Shown piece by piece: positions 26,645 through 36,130 of a DNA stretch of 51,814 nucleotides. Under the pieces are notes generated by a model, which did not search any database, was not told the DNA's origin, and saw only the letters and a program-made list of their open reading frames with translations. Origin of the DNA: an uncultured Chloracidobacterium sp. GTDB taxonomy: Bacteria > Acidobacteriota > Blastocatellia > Pyrinomonadales > Pyrinomonadaceae. The position numbers were made by a program, and so were the translations under genes. The first letter of the stretch is position 1; each line of letters begins with the position of its first letter. The stretch spans positions 6,353 through 58,166 of the forward strand of contig CAZNPP010000010.1 in NCBI GenBank assembly GCA_964574785.1. The letters are read 5' to 3'.

Positions 26645-26681
26645 AAACGAAAAGGCGCAACAGTTTTTGGGCTGTCGCGCC
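26645..26681 (-). terminator. Rho-independent-type terminator downstream of ppdK
   Basis: On the minus strand the sequence reads GGCGCGACAG-CCCAAAAA-CTGTTGCGCC followed by TTTTCGTTTG. The 10-bp stem has one mismatch. Confidence 0.6.
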
Positions 26682-26839
26682 TAATCTTATGTGGTCACTG
26701 TCCTCACCCCAGCAACCACTTGATGGAAGGATTCACCAACCATCTAATTGCCGCAAACTATATACAAAACTTCTGTCTATTGCAACTTCATAAGCGACGC
26801 CGAGTGCTGAAGCTAAAGCTTCTTACTCACAAAATAAAC

Positions 26840-29572
26840 CTAAACATCTACTGGCACCCTCGCAATTTCTTCCATCGAACCGAGTTCCTTTAGCGATTCA
26901 GCTTCCAGCGCTGCCTGAGCTGCAGCCAGTCGAGCGACAGGAACTCGATAAGGTGAGCAGCTAACGTAATCCAATTGAATCTCATGACAGAACGCGATCG
27001 AGCTTGGGTCTCCGCCATGTTCTCCACAAATACCGATTTTCAAACCAGGCTTTGCACTTCGGCCCCGCTCCGTTCCCAGACGAACCAACTCACCGACACC
27101 TTCTCGATCAAGCACCTGGAACGGATCATCGCGCAGGATTTTGCGATCTACATAATTTGGTAGAAAGCGGCTCGAATCATCACGGCTCAAACCAAATGTG
27201 GTCTGAGTAAGATCATTCGTGCCGAAAGAGAAGAAGTCGGCGTGAGCAGCAATGCTGTCCGCCGTCAGAGCAGCGCGCGGTAGTTCGATCATTGTTCCTA
27301 CCCTATACTCAATTGTCATTCCGTGCTCTCCCATGACCTGTCGCGCAATCTCATGAATTTGTTCGCCTTGCTGACGCAGTTCCTCGCTGACAGAAACCAG
27401 CGGGACCATGATCTCGAGTTGGATCTTTTTCTTTTCTCCCTGCACTTCACAAGCAGCTTCAAAGATGGCTCTGCATTGCATCCGTGTGACTTCTGGAAAA
27501 AGCAGACCGAGTCGACACCCTCTAAAACCTAACATCGGGTTCGCCTCCCTAATTCGCATAACCTGTCGCAGCAAACGACGTCTCTCATCAATCTCATCGA
27601 GCAAGTTATCCATGTCACTAAGCGTTGAGGCGCCTCTCAGCGCCAATTTCAACTCAGCTAATTCGCTCAAAAGATCATCAACGCTGGGTAGAAACTCATG
27701 CAAAGGAGGATCTAACAGACGGATGGTAACTGGTAGACCAACCATCTCGCGAAAGATGCCAACAAAATCACCTCGCTGCAACGGCAACAGTTTCTCTAGT
27801 GCTTTCTCACGTGCGCCGACGCCCTCAGCCAGGATCATCTCGCGCATTGCAGCGAGCCGCTGATCACCAAAGAACATGTGTTCAGTACGGCAGAGTCCAA
27901 TTCCTTCAGCCCCAAACTGACGCGCAACTTTGGCATCCTTTGGCGTATCGGCATTAGCTCGTACCCGCAGCCGTCGAAATTGATCCGCCCAACTCATCAG
28001 CTCGTAGAAGTCTGAACCAAGCGTAGGCTGAATAGTTGGCACTTGTCCTAAAAACACTCGCCCCGTGGAGCCGTCAACTGTAATCCACTCACCCTTGGTG
28101 ACAACACGACCATCAACACTCATTTGCTGCTGGCTATAGTCAATGTTCAGCGAACTAGCACCGCTAACGCAGGTCTTGCCCATTCCTCGAGCTACGACCG
28201 CCGCGTGACTAGTCATGCCCCCGCGCGCAGTGACAATTGCCTGTGCGGCAACCATCCCGTGGAAATCATCGGGACTAGTTTCCAACCGCACGAGTACAAC
28301 CTTGGCGCCTTCGCGAGCTAATTCTTCGGCCTCATCGGGGCTAAATACTACTTGCCCCTGTGCGGCACCGGGACTGGCAGGCAAGCCAGTGGCTAGCACT
28401 GGAGCATCGTTCTTTGGATCGACAGTTGGATGGAGCAGTTGGTCTAATTGGGCTGGAGTAACCCGTTGAACAGCGGTCGATTTATCTATGAGGCGCTCGT
28501 GAACCATCTCGACAGCTATTCGAACCGCTGCCGCGCCGGTCCGTTTGCCAGTACGGGTCTGCAGCATCCATAGCTTGCCGCGTTCAATGGTGAACTCGAC
28601 ATCCTGCATGTCGCGATAGTGGCGCTCGAGCAGGTCAGCATTTGCGGCAAACTCTTCATACGCCTTTGGCAGTTCTTTTTTGAGCTCGGTAATCGCATGC
28701 GGTGTGCGTGTCCCGGCGACTACGTCTTCGCCTTGCGCATTCAGCAAGTACTCACCGTAAAGCTTCTTCTCACCAGTTGATGGATTCCTGGTAAATGCCA
28801 CACCCGTCCCGCTTTCCGCTCCCATGTTGCCGAAGACCATTGCCTGAATATTCACAGCTGTGCCGAGCGAATCGGGAATACGGTTGACGCGGCGATAATC
28901 AACAGCGCGACGACCCATCCAAGAGTTAAATACTGCGGCAATGGCAACTCGAAGCTGTTCGTAGGGGTCTTCTGGTATCGCGTGTTGTTCAGCGAGGATG
29001 ATCTGTTTTTCGGCCGCAATGATCTCCCTCAGATCCTCAGTCTTGAGATCGGTATCGGTGCCTCCAGTCGTCAGTGCTTTAAAGCGATCCATCACCCGTT
29101 CGAACTTCTCGTGCGCTACTCCCATCACGATTTCGCCAAACAGCGAGGCAAATCTTCTGTAAGCATCAAGCGCAAAGCGCAGGTCTCCGGTCTGCGAAGC
29201 TAACCCTTGAACCGTCTCCTCATTAAGGCCAAGGTTGAGAACGGTATCCATCATCCCTGGCATCGAAAAAGCGGCCCCGGACCTTACTGAGACGAGCAGT
29301 GGATTCTTTGGATCACCAAAGCCCTTACCTACCTTCTCCTCAATTCTCTTCAAGCCTTCTTTAACTTGATCCCACATGCCTTCGGGAAAGCTCTTGTCGT
29401 TATCGTAATAGGCATTGCAGGCTTCAGTAGTAACAATCAAACCTGGTGGAACAGGCAAGCCAGCGCGCGTCATCTCGCACAAGCCAGCTCCCTTTCCTCC
29501 AAGCAAAGTTTTGTCTTCGCCACTTCCTTCTTCAAAAAGGTAGACCCATTTAGGAGCGTCATCAGCAACCAC
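26840..29572 (-). CDS. ppdK: Pyruvate, phosphate dikinase
   Basis: 910 aa. N-terminus KWVYLFEEG...LLGGKGAGLCEM. Phospho-His loop GGMTSHAAVVARGMGK. C-terminal PEP/pyruvate domain with GICGEHGGDP. Confidence 0.95.
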   Translation of the reverse strand: MVADDAPKWVYLFEEGSGEDKTLLGGKGAGLCEMTRAGLPVPPGLIVTTEACNAYYDNDKSFPEGMWDQVKEGLKRIEEKVGKGFGDPKNPLLVSVRSGAAFSMPGMMDTVLNLGLNEETVQGLASQTGDLRFALDAYRRFASLFGEIVMGVAHEKFERVMDRFKALTTGGTDTDLKTEDLREIIAAEKQIILAEQHAIPEDPYEQLRVAIAAVFNSWMGRRAVDYRRVNRIPDSLGTAVNIQAMVFGNMGAESGTGVAFTRNPSTGEKKLYGEYLLNAQGEDVVAGTRTPHAITELKKELPKAYEEFAANADLLERHYRDMQDVEFTIERGKLWMLQTRTGKRTGAAAVRIAVEMVHERLIDKSTAVQRVTPAQLDQLLHPTVDPKNDAPVLATGLPASPGAAQGQVVFSPDEAEELAREGAKVVLVRLETSPDDFHGMVAAQAIVTARGGMTSHAAVVARGMGKTCVSGASSLNIDYSQQQMSVDGRVVTKGEWITVDGSTGRVFLGQVPTIQPTLGSDFYELMSWADQFRRLRVRANADTPKDAKVARQFGAEGIGLCRTEHMFFGDQRLAAMREMILAEGVGAREKALEKLLPLQRGDFVGIFREMVGLPVTIRLLDPPLHEFLPSVDDLLSELAELKLALRGASTLSDMDNLLDEIDERRRLLRQVMRIREANPMLGFRGCRLGLLFPEVTRMQCRAIFEAACEVQGEKKKIQLEIMVPLVSVSEELRQQGEQIHEIARQVMGEHGMTIEYRVGTMIELPRAALTADSIAAHADFFSFGTNDLTQTTFGLSRDDSSRFLPNYVDRKILRDDPFQVLDREGVGELVRLGTERGRSAKPGLKIGICGEHGGDPSSIAFCHEIQLDYVSCSPYRVPVARLAAAQAALEAESLKELGSMEEIARVPVDV

Positions 29573-29909
29573 AGTTATTCACCTCAAAAGAAAAATTGAT
29601 CATTACGTTTGGATTCGGAATTTCACAGCCTGCCGATCAGAAAGCAGATCACCAACTTGCAAGCGCGAGAGCAATGCATATTCCACTGATTAATTATCTC
29701 ACTTTTGCCTGTTTAGGAAAGTGTGTGGGTGGAATTTGAGCGCCGAGTGCGAAGATTCACGCTCTGACTCTTAAGTGACAAGCTACTTTCATGCAGCCCA
29801 AAATTAAGCGAAACTCCTAAAAGAAGATCGAATGAGAGTTCAAAACTGAAAAAGGCGGAAGAAGAATAAACAAGAAAATGCTATTTTATCCCAAACTCTC
29901 GAGTGAAGA

Positions 29910-30362
29910 ATGAAATCATACACAATTCAGGGCGTCTTAATCGGAATCTCACTGGGCCTAGCCGCTGGCGTAGGTAGCTATACCTTCATCTACGCTAAGG
30001 GGTATTCATACCTCACCGATGATCCGGCGGCGTGTGCCAATTGTCACATTATGAATGAACAATACAATGGCTGGCTAAGATCCAGCCATCATGCGGTCGC
30101 AATATGCAATGATTGTCATACACCACAAGGCTTTGTGTCTAAATATCTGACGAAAGCTTCAAACGGGTTCTGGCACTCGTTCGCTTTTACTAGCGGCTAC
30201 TTTCACGAGCCGATACAGATCACCCCTCGGAATTTTGAGATTGCAGAAAAGGCCTGTCGCAAGTGTCATCAGGAGATAGTGCTGGCCATGGGACACCCCA
30301 ACGAAGGAGATTCGCGGGTGTCGTGTGTTCGGTGCCATGGCTCAGTTGGGCACCTTCAATGA
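29910..30362 (+). CDS. nrfH: Cytochrome c nitrite reductase small subunit NrfH (tetrahaem NapC/NirT family)
   Basis: 150 aa with an N-terminal TM helix. Four CXXCH motifs (CANCH, CNDCH, CRKCH, CVRCH). Located 26 nt upstream of nrfA. Confidence 0.9.
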   Translation: MKSYTIQGVLIGISLGLAAGVGSYTFIYAKGYSYLTDDPAACANCHIMNEQYNGWLRSSHHAVAICNDCHTPQGFVSKYLTKASNGFWHSFAFTSGYFHEPIQITPRNFEIAEKACRKCHQEIVLAMGHPNEGDSRVSCVRCHGSVGHLQ

Positions 30363-30388
30363 TTCAAAACTAATAAAGGGGATAAGTT

Positions 30389-31756
30389 GTGTTTCCGCAG
30401 CGACGTCGTTCGTTCCGTTTCATATTGTTTACAGCGATCATCGCCACGTTGGCCGCCGTTGTCGGCCTGACCCTTCTTGTCAACATCCTTGAGCGGAAAC
30501 AGGAGGCTCGCAATCCCTTCTTCCGCGTTGTCGAGATCACCGACGAAACGGAAGATCCTTCAGTTTGGGGAAAGAACTTTCCACTTCAATATGATGCCTA
30601 TCTGAGAACCGTCGATCAGGTTCGGACGCGTTTCGGTGGCAGTGAGGCAATCCCGAGGACGCCCACTCAGGCTGATCCCCGTTCAGTAGTCGCACAATCA
30701 AGGCTCGAGGAGGATCTTAGACTCAAGATCATGTGGGCCGGATATGCGTTCGCTGCGGATTTTCGCGAGGAGCGCGGACATGCCTACATGCTTGAAGACC
30801 AGATCTTTACAGAGCGCCAACAGGTGGTGGCCCAGCCAGGCACCTGCCTGAACTGTCACGCCTCAACTTACGTAGCCTACAAAAATCTCGGCAATGGCGA
30901 CATCTTCGCAGGTTTCGAAAAACTCAATCAAACACCTTATTTCGAGGCCCGCAAATCGGTAACACACCCGGTATCATGCATAGATTGTCACGATCCAGAC
31001 ACGCTGCAACTGCGGATCACACGTCCCGCTTTCATTGAGGGAATGCGAGCTCTAAAAGAGAGTCAGGGAATCAAGGATTATGATGTGAATTTACAAGCCA
31101 CTCGTCAAGAGATGCGCGCTTTTGTCTGTGGTCAATGCCACGTCGAGTACTACTTTCGAGGAACCGAGAAACGTCTCGTTTATCCCTGGGCCAAAGGGCT
31201 GCAAGTCGACAACATGATCGCTTACTACGACGAGGCGGGATTCAAGGATTGGACTCATGCAGACACGGGCGCCGAAGTTCTAAAAGCTCAGCATCCTGAA
31301 TTTGAGATGTGGAATCAAGGGATCCATGCGCGCTCCGGTGTCGCCTGTGCAGATTGCCATATGCCTTACTACCGTGAAGGAGCTCTGAAGATAAGCGATC
31401 ACCACGTTCGTAGCCCGATGTTAAATATTAATCGAGCTTGTCAGACTTGTCATAAGCTGCCAGAAGCAGAATTGAAAGCTCGTGTCGAGACTATTCAGGA
31501 GAGAACATTCAAATTACGTAACATAGCGATGGATGCATTAGTGGAGTTGATTGAAGACATCAAGACAGCTCGAGCGTCAGGAAAGACCGACAATGAGCTC
31601 AAGGAAGCACGCGACTATCAGCGCAAAGCACAGTTTTATGTCGACTTTGTTGAAGCAGAGAATTCCACTGGCTTTCATGCTCCCCAGGAAGCCGCAAGAA
31701 TTCTAGGAGAAGCTATTAATTTTAGTAGGAAAGGACAGGTTTCTCTTCGACGTTAA
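30389..31756 (+). CDS. nrfA: Pentahaem ammonia-forming cytochrome c nitrite reductase NrfA (haem-1 CXXCH variant)
   Basis: 455 aa with a GTG start and an N-terminal anchor helix. Five CXXCH motifs (CLNCH, CIDCH, CGQCH, CADCH, CQTCH). Family blocks are RGHAYMLEDQ, VCGQCHVEYYF, MWNQGIHARSGVACADCHMPY and SDHHVRSP. Confidence 0.9.
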   Translation: MFPQRRRSFRFILFTAIIATLAAVVGLTLLVNILERKQEARNPFFRVVEITDETEDPSVWGKNFPLQYDAYLRTVDQVRTRFGGSEAIPRTPTQADPRSVVAQSRLEEDLRLKIMWAGYAFAADFREERGHAYMLEDQIFTERQQVVAQPGTCLNCHASTYVAYKNLGNGDIFAGFEKLNQTPYFEARKSVTHPVSCIDCHDPDTLQLRITRPAFIEGMRALKESQGIKDYDVNLQATRQEMRAFVCGQCHVEYYFRGTEKRLVYPWAKGLQVDNMIAYYDEAGFKDWTHADTGAEVLKAQHPEFEMWNQGIHARSGVACADCHMPYYREGALKISDHHVRSPMLNINRACQTCHKLPEAELKARVETIQERTFKLRNIAMDALVELIEDIKTARASGKTDNELKEARDYQRKAQFYVDFVEAENSTGFHAPQEAARILGEAINFSRKGQVSLRR

Positions 31757-33030
31757 TCTGAGCACTTTCGCATTGCTGTCTCGATCATGCCGCGCAGGCT
31801 AATCTGCCCCGTGTAATTGCCGAACAAGATGTGGCCCTTCTCAGCACACCAACTCTCCCTCGCGCAGTCCCAAACATCGGGCAGCTTGACTGAATATTGT
31901 GGCAACGCCTTCGGCCAACGATGAATTACTAGTTCCTGAGGCTCACACTGTAAGCCCAGCACCTCGGATAGTTCCTGTTTTATAGCCTTTGCGAGTTCTT
32001 CGTCAGTTGCCATCAACCAGTGTGGCGCGGCAGTGCCTCCCATCATCAATGTGAAGGAGGAAAACCGACTTTCATCCAAAACGCGTTCGGGATAAGAACT
32101 CGAATTAAACAGAATCCCTAATGACGAACGTTGTTCACAAGCTGGCATTAGCACACCGACTCCCCGGGCAGGTCTTGTTAGGTTCTCTCTTTCGACAAAG
32201 GCAGTTACAGAAACCATCGGTGTGTAAGCAACAGCCTGTAACTCTCGTGCAAGAGTTGGAGACTCAGTCTTAAATAATTCGGCGGCTGCATGCGCAGGCG
32301 TTGAGATCACGATGTTGGGAGCATCAGGAATCGCTGTAACCAATTCCCCTTTTCGAAACCTTCTTCCAAGTCTTCGCTCTAGGTGCTTCTCCAATCGTCC
32401 TACCAGATCCCCCATGCCATACCTTGGTGCGACTCGCGCTTTGACGTTCTCGGAGGGCGATTTTCTTTTCCGTCCAAGCATTGCGCTCAGTAGGCTCTTC
32501 CCTCTCGGAACTTCCAATGATGGAAAAGCAGCTCTTACACCTAATTCAACCGGTTGCGCACCGTAGATTCCTCTGACGAAGGGCGTTAAAAGATAATCGA
32601 CTGCTTTGTCTCCAAGATGCACGCGCCCCCAATCGGCAAGATTCTGTCGACCGTTGTTGGAATCGCCTGGCGCCAGCGCTGCTCGACCTAGTGTTTTCAG
32701 GGTTTCGATACCACTCAACGGGAATTTACTCGGACGTCCATTGCGAACAATGTATTTGGCCTGTGAGTCCTGGCGTAGTTTTTCTAATTCAACTCCAAGC
32801 TTAGCGCACAGCTCGCTGACTGCTCGAGTAGCTATGAGTGAGTGAGCCGCACTCTCTGACATGCCAAGCCTTGTGTATTTTGTTTCGATTAGACCTCCGG
32901 CTCGCTTTTGCTCTTCCAGTAGAGTCACACGATAACCGTTCTGATCAAGGTAATACGCTGCAAGCATTCCTGCGATTCCTGCACCGACGATGGTTGCTTC
33001 CTTTCGTCTGTTGTCAAAGGTTCCGATCAT
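31753..33030 (-). CDS. hemY: FAD-dependent protoporphyrinogen / coproporphyrinogen III oxidase (HemY family)
   Basis: 425 aa. N-terminal VGAGIAGMLAAYYL...LLEEQKRAGG dinucleotide fold. The start overlaps the hemH stop by 4 nt. Confidence 0.75.
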   Translation of the reverse strand: MIGTFDNRRKEATIVGAGIAGMLAAYYLDQNGYRVTLLEEQKRAGGLIETKYTRLGMSESAAHSLIATRAVSELCAKLGVELEKLRQDSQAKYIVRNGRPSKFPLSGIETLKTLGRAALAPGDSNNGRQNLADWGRVHLGDKAVDYLLTPFVRGIYGAQPVELGVRAAFPSLEVPRGKSLLSAMLGRKRKSPSENVKARVAPRYGMGDLVGRLEKHLERRLGRRFRKGELVTAIPDAPNIVISTPAHAAAELFKTESPTLARELQAVAYTPMVSVTAFVERENLTRPARGVGVLMPACEQRSSLGILFNSSSYPERVLDESRFSSFTLMMGGTAAPHWLMATDEELAKAIKQELSEVLGLQCEPQELVIHRWPKALPQYSVKLPDVWDCARESWCAEKGHILFGNYTGQISLRGMIETAMRKCSD

Positions 33031-34001
33031 GTTCGACCCTCCGTAAAAAGTGAAAGCAAGACACGCGCAAACTCAGGATCGTCGTTAAAACATCGAGCAC
33101 GGTAATAGTGAGTAATCCCGTACGCCTTCGCCTGCTCTGCATAAAGTTGATCCAGTTCGAACAAAGTTTCGACGTGATCACTTACGAAACTGATCGGAAC
33201 AACAACAACTCTTCGGATTCCATTCTGGGCCAAACGCTTTAGTTCATCTTCTAAATAGGGTCCGAGCCAAGGCAGCTTTCCATTGCGTGATTGAAAGGCA
33301 AGCGAGCACGGATGCGCCAGGTTGCGAGAGACGGCTTCAATAGTCCGATCTACATCCTGAGGGTACGGATCCCCGCGTTCGACTATTCGCATTGGCAGCG
33401 AATGTGCTGAGAAAATGACATGGATTTGATCGTCGTTTCCGTTCCGTTCTTTTTCTGCCTTAGCGATTGCTTCATCAACCCTTCGACGGAGCAGTTGAAT
33501 ATAGCCGGAATGATCCGGCCAATTTCTAATCTGACGAATTGACGGTTTCCACTTCAAGCGCCTCAAGCCTTTAGCAACCGCGTCAAAACACGTGCCAGTA
33601 GTTGTCGTCGAAAATTGGGGAAAGAGCGGTAAGAGTACCACCTCTTCTGCGCCCCATGTCTTCAAGCGACGCAATGCAGTTGTGATGCTGGGTTCGGCAC
33701 TTCGCATTCCAATCTCGACGTAGTGAGAATCCTTTCCCAGCACACCTCTTAGCCTGGCGGCCTGAATGGCAGTCCACTTAAATTGGGGCGAGCTTCCTCC
33801 AATAGCTTGATAGCTTCGAATTGATGATGGTCCCTTAACTTGTGCGATGATGAAGGCCAGGATGTGCCTCAGTGGTGTTGGCACACCGACAAGCACGTTG
33901 GGATTTGAAAACAAACGGTAAAGGAAAGGTTTGACATCGGCTAGCGTCCACGGCCCACCGAAGTTGAGAAGTAAAATGCCGCTTTTCATAGTTGAGTACA
34001 T
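33027..34001 (-). CDS. hemH: Ferrochelatase
   Basis: 324 aa. Family blocks are LLLNFGGP, SIRSYQAIGGSSP, VIFSAHSLP and VPISFVSDHVETL. Confidence 0.9.
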   Translation of the reverse strand: MYSTMKSGILLLNFGGPWTLADVKPFLYRLFSNPNVLVGVPTPLRHILAFIIAQVKGPSSIRSYQAIGGSSPQFKWTAIQAARLRGVLGKDSHYVEIGMRSAEPSITTALRRLKTWGAEEVVLLPLFPQFSTTTTGTCFDAVAKGLRRLKWKPSIRQIRNWPDHSGYIQLLRRRVDEAIAKAEKERNGNDDQIHVIFSAHSLPMRIVERGDPYPQDVDRTIEAVSRNLAHPCSLAFQSRNGKLPWLGPYLEDELKRLAQNGIRRVVVVPISFVSDHVETLFELDQLYAEQAKAYGITHYYRARCFNDDPEFARVLLSLFTEGRT

Positions 34002-34015
34002 AGAGCGCAGGGACC

Positions 34016-35386
34016 TCAGATCGTCCGGCTGAACAGTGTCTCATCGCTTATAATTTTGATTCTTGAATCGAAAGCCATACAGATGTTGCGCAAAAATGCT
34101 CGGCCTCGGGGCGTAATTTCACAGCGCGATTTCCCCAACTTAACCAAGCCATCCGCAAGTGGTTCAGCGAGTCTGCGTTGCAACGTATCGAGGTACGGCA
34201 TATATGAATCTGGTGTGTTCCATTCAGTTTCCAGGCGCGTCATCAGATTCAATATGTGACGACGAAGAACGATGTCTTCTTCACTTAGTTGATGACCTCG
34301 CATAATGGGGATCTCTCCCTTGTGCACTCGTTCTTCATAAATCTCCAACTGCTTTTCGTTCTGCACAAAACAGGACCACGAATCGCTGATCGATGAAACA
34401 CCTAGTCCGATCAAAGGCGCCACAAAGCGCGATGTATATCCCATGAAGTTTCGGTGCAGATGTCCTTGGATTGCAGCTGTCCACAACGAGTCTGACTCGA
34501 GTGCAAAATGGTCCATGCCAATCTCACGATAGCCAAAGCTCTCAAGTAATGAGCGGCCAAACTCGTAAAGAGATCTCTTTGCTTCACCAGTAGGAAGATC
34601 TGACGCGGAAAAATGTCTTTGACCGGGCTTTACCCACGGCACATGAGCATAGCCATAGAATGCGATACGGTCAGGCTTGAGTCGCATGACTATATCCATA
34701 GTTCTTTCAATACTCTTCGAGGTTTGAAAAGGCAGACCGTAAATCAGATCGTAATTGATGCTGTTAAAGCCGGCCGCTCGTGCAATTTCAGTAACCTTGG
34801 CGACTTGTTCCTCAGGTTGGACTCGGTTCACGGCCTTTTGCACAACAGGGTCAAAATCCTGAATACCAAGACTCAACCGTCGAAAGCCAAGATCATAAAG
34901 GGTCGAGAGGTGTTCCGGCTGTGTAACTCTCGGATCCGATTCAATCGAGAACTCGGCCTCTTGCGTAGGACTAACGTCCTTCAAGATTCCGCTGACGAGC
35001 TCTTCAAGCTCAGGAGGGGTCAGAAAGGTTGGCGTACCACCACCAAGGTGAAGTTCGGTCAGGGGCAATGGCTTTGAGCGCTCAAGACTTTCGCGGTAAA
35101 GGGCCCACTCTCGCAGCACGGTCTTGACGTAAGCTGGCCCTAGTGTCGTGCTTGCAGATATTCGCGAATTGCACCCACAGTACGTACATAGTGAACGGCA
35201 AAAAGGGACGTGAATATAGATTGCCGCCCCTGCACCAATCCGTTCGGTAGCATCAAGGCAGTCAGAAACTGTCTTGATCCAGTTAGCGATGGTTGGCTCA
35301 TTTTCCCAATGAAGAATGGTTGGATAGCTCGTATAGCGTGGTCCGGGAACATCATATTTCTTTAGTAGAGCACTAGCCGCTACCAT
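34016..35386 (-). CDS. hemN: Oxygen-independent coproporphyrinogen III oxidase (radical SAM)
   Basis: 456 aa. N-terminus PGPRYTSYPT. CxxxCxxC cluster CRSLCTYC. Also GGGTPTFL and a HemN C-terminal domain. Confidence 0.9.
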   Translation of the reverse strand: MVAASALLKKYDVPGPRYTSYPTILHWENEPTIANWIKTVSDCLDATERIGAGAAIYIHVPFCRSLCTYCGCNSRISASTTLGPAYVKTVLREWALYRESLERSKPLPLTELHLGGGTPTFLTPPELEELVSGILKDVSPTQEAEFSIESDPRVTQPEHLSTLYDLGFRRLSLGIQDFDPVVQKAVNRVQPEEQVAKVTEIARAAGFNSINYDLIYGLPFQTSKSIERTMDIVMRLKPDRIAFYGYAHVPWVKPGQRHFSASDLPTGEAKRSLYEFGRSLLESFGYREIGMDHFALESDSLWTAAIQGHLHRNFMGYTSRFVAPLIGLGVSSISDSWSCFVQNEKQLEIYEERVHKGEIPIMRGHQLSEEDIVLRRHILNLMTRLETEWNTPDSYMPYLDTLQRRLAEPLADGLVKLGKSRCEITPRGRAFLRNICMAFDSRIKIISDETLFSRTI

Positions 35387-35410
35387 TAGTTGTAATCTCC
35401 TATGAGGACG

Positions 35411-35896
35411 TTAGGCCCGTGTGCCTTCGAGGGAAAGAAAGTTGGAGACAAGCGGAGGTCCAGAATACCTACTTACTGGGAAGAGATATCTAGAGAAAGT
35501 CGTACGTAGCTGTTTAAGCAATCGTAACAAGATGCGCGTGTCATCGGGAGGCAATTCGCCTTCTTTAAGCCAAGTTCGGAAAAGTTCCTCAACACCGCGA
35601 TGTCGACGTCTCGCCAACTCGTGAGTTGCTTTGAGGGAGATCAGTTCATCTGAATTATAGCCACATGAGGTTTCTTGACTATTAAGCGCGTGAAATAAGA
35701 ACTCCTCCTCATCCCGCATGTGGTGAGGCGCGGTTTCGCGAAACTCCGCAAGAGCTGAGCTAAGTGCTGCACGCTCATCGTCGTCCAATTTGTCACCACC
35801 GGCTAATTGAGTTACCGAAAGCAGAACATCAAGGCTATCTTCAAGGCGGCGGTGGCGATCACTGCTGCAAAAAGTGCTCGTAGTTTGTGTTGGCAT
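35411..35896 (-). CDS. Hemerythrin (HHE cation-binding)-like domain protein
   Basis: The internal ATG at 35896 has GAGGAG 9 nt upstream. H/E pattern: DRHRRLEDSL, HHMRDEEEFLFHAL, ATHELARRRH. The longer ORF to 36115 only translates a heptad repeat. Confidence 0.55.
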   Translation of the reverse strand: MPTQTTSTFCSSDRHRRLEDSLDVLLSVTQLAGGDKLDDDERAALSSALAEFRETAPHHMRDEEEFLFHALNSQETSCGYNSDELISLKATHELARRRHRGVEELFRTWLKEGELPPDDTRILLRLLKQLRTTFSRYLFPVSRYSGPPLVSNFLSLEGTRA

Positions 35897-36034
35897 GCGT
35901 TTATTCTCCTCGACACGATAAGACGGGAGCAACGTGTGTGCCGAAGAGCTGCTTGCTGACCTGTAGGTCTCGACGTTTGATTTCTGCGGAATATGACCAA
36001 ACTCCTGCGCAGAAATTCGCAGAAGTGGGGAAAT

Positions 36035-36130
36035 GGTGAATGGTGAAACGTTAACCGTGAATCGTAAATCGTGAATCGTGAAAGCCAGGTTTTCAATTAG
36101 CGATTCACGATTCACAATTCACGATTCACG
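36035..36130. repeat. Heptad-periodic inverted repeat (CGTGAAT-type)
   Basis: The left arm has 7 heptads, GGTGAAT GGTGAAA CGTTAAC CGTGAAT CGTAAAT CGTGAAT CGTGAAA (36035-36083). The right arm is ATTCACG ATTCACA ATTCACG ATTCACG (36103-36130). The loop is about 19 nt. The right arm contains the stop codon of the radical-SAM gene. Confidence 0.75.

Noticed and set aside
27408-27863. 151-aa plus-strand ORF inside ppdK (similar cases: 46422..46916 inside the M50 protease gene, 17022..17486 inside the nonahaem gene, 1089..1604 inside the permease gene)
   Set aside because: All of these are antisense shadow ORFs within long, motif-supported genes and have low-complexity Ser/Arg/Pro-rich translations.
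29597-29610. TTGATCATTACGTT as an FNR/CRP-type box in the ppdK/nrfH divergent promoter region
   Set aside because: Only the TTGAT half-site matches the TTGAT-N4-ATCAA consensus and the second half is poor. This is insufficient to call a site without a genome-wide motif model.
35897-36115. N-terminal 73-residue extension of ORF 35411..36115
   Set aside because: It translates the heptad element and unconserved spacer. An internal ATG at 35896 with a GAGGAG RBS precedes the recognisable hemerythrin-like domain.
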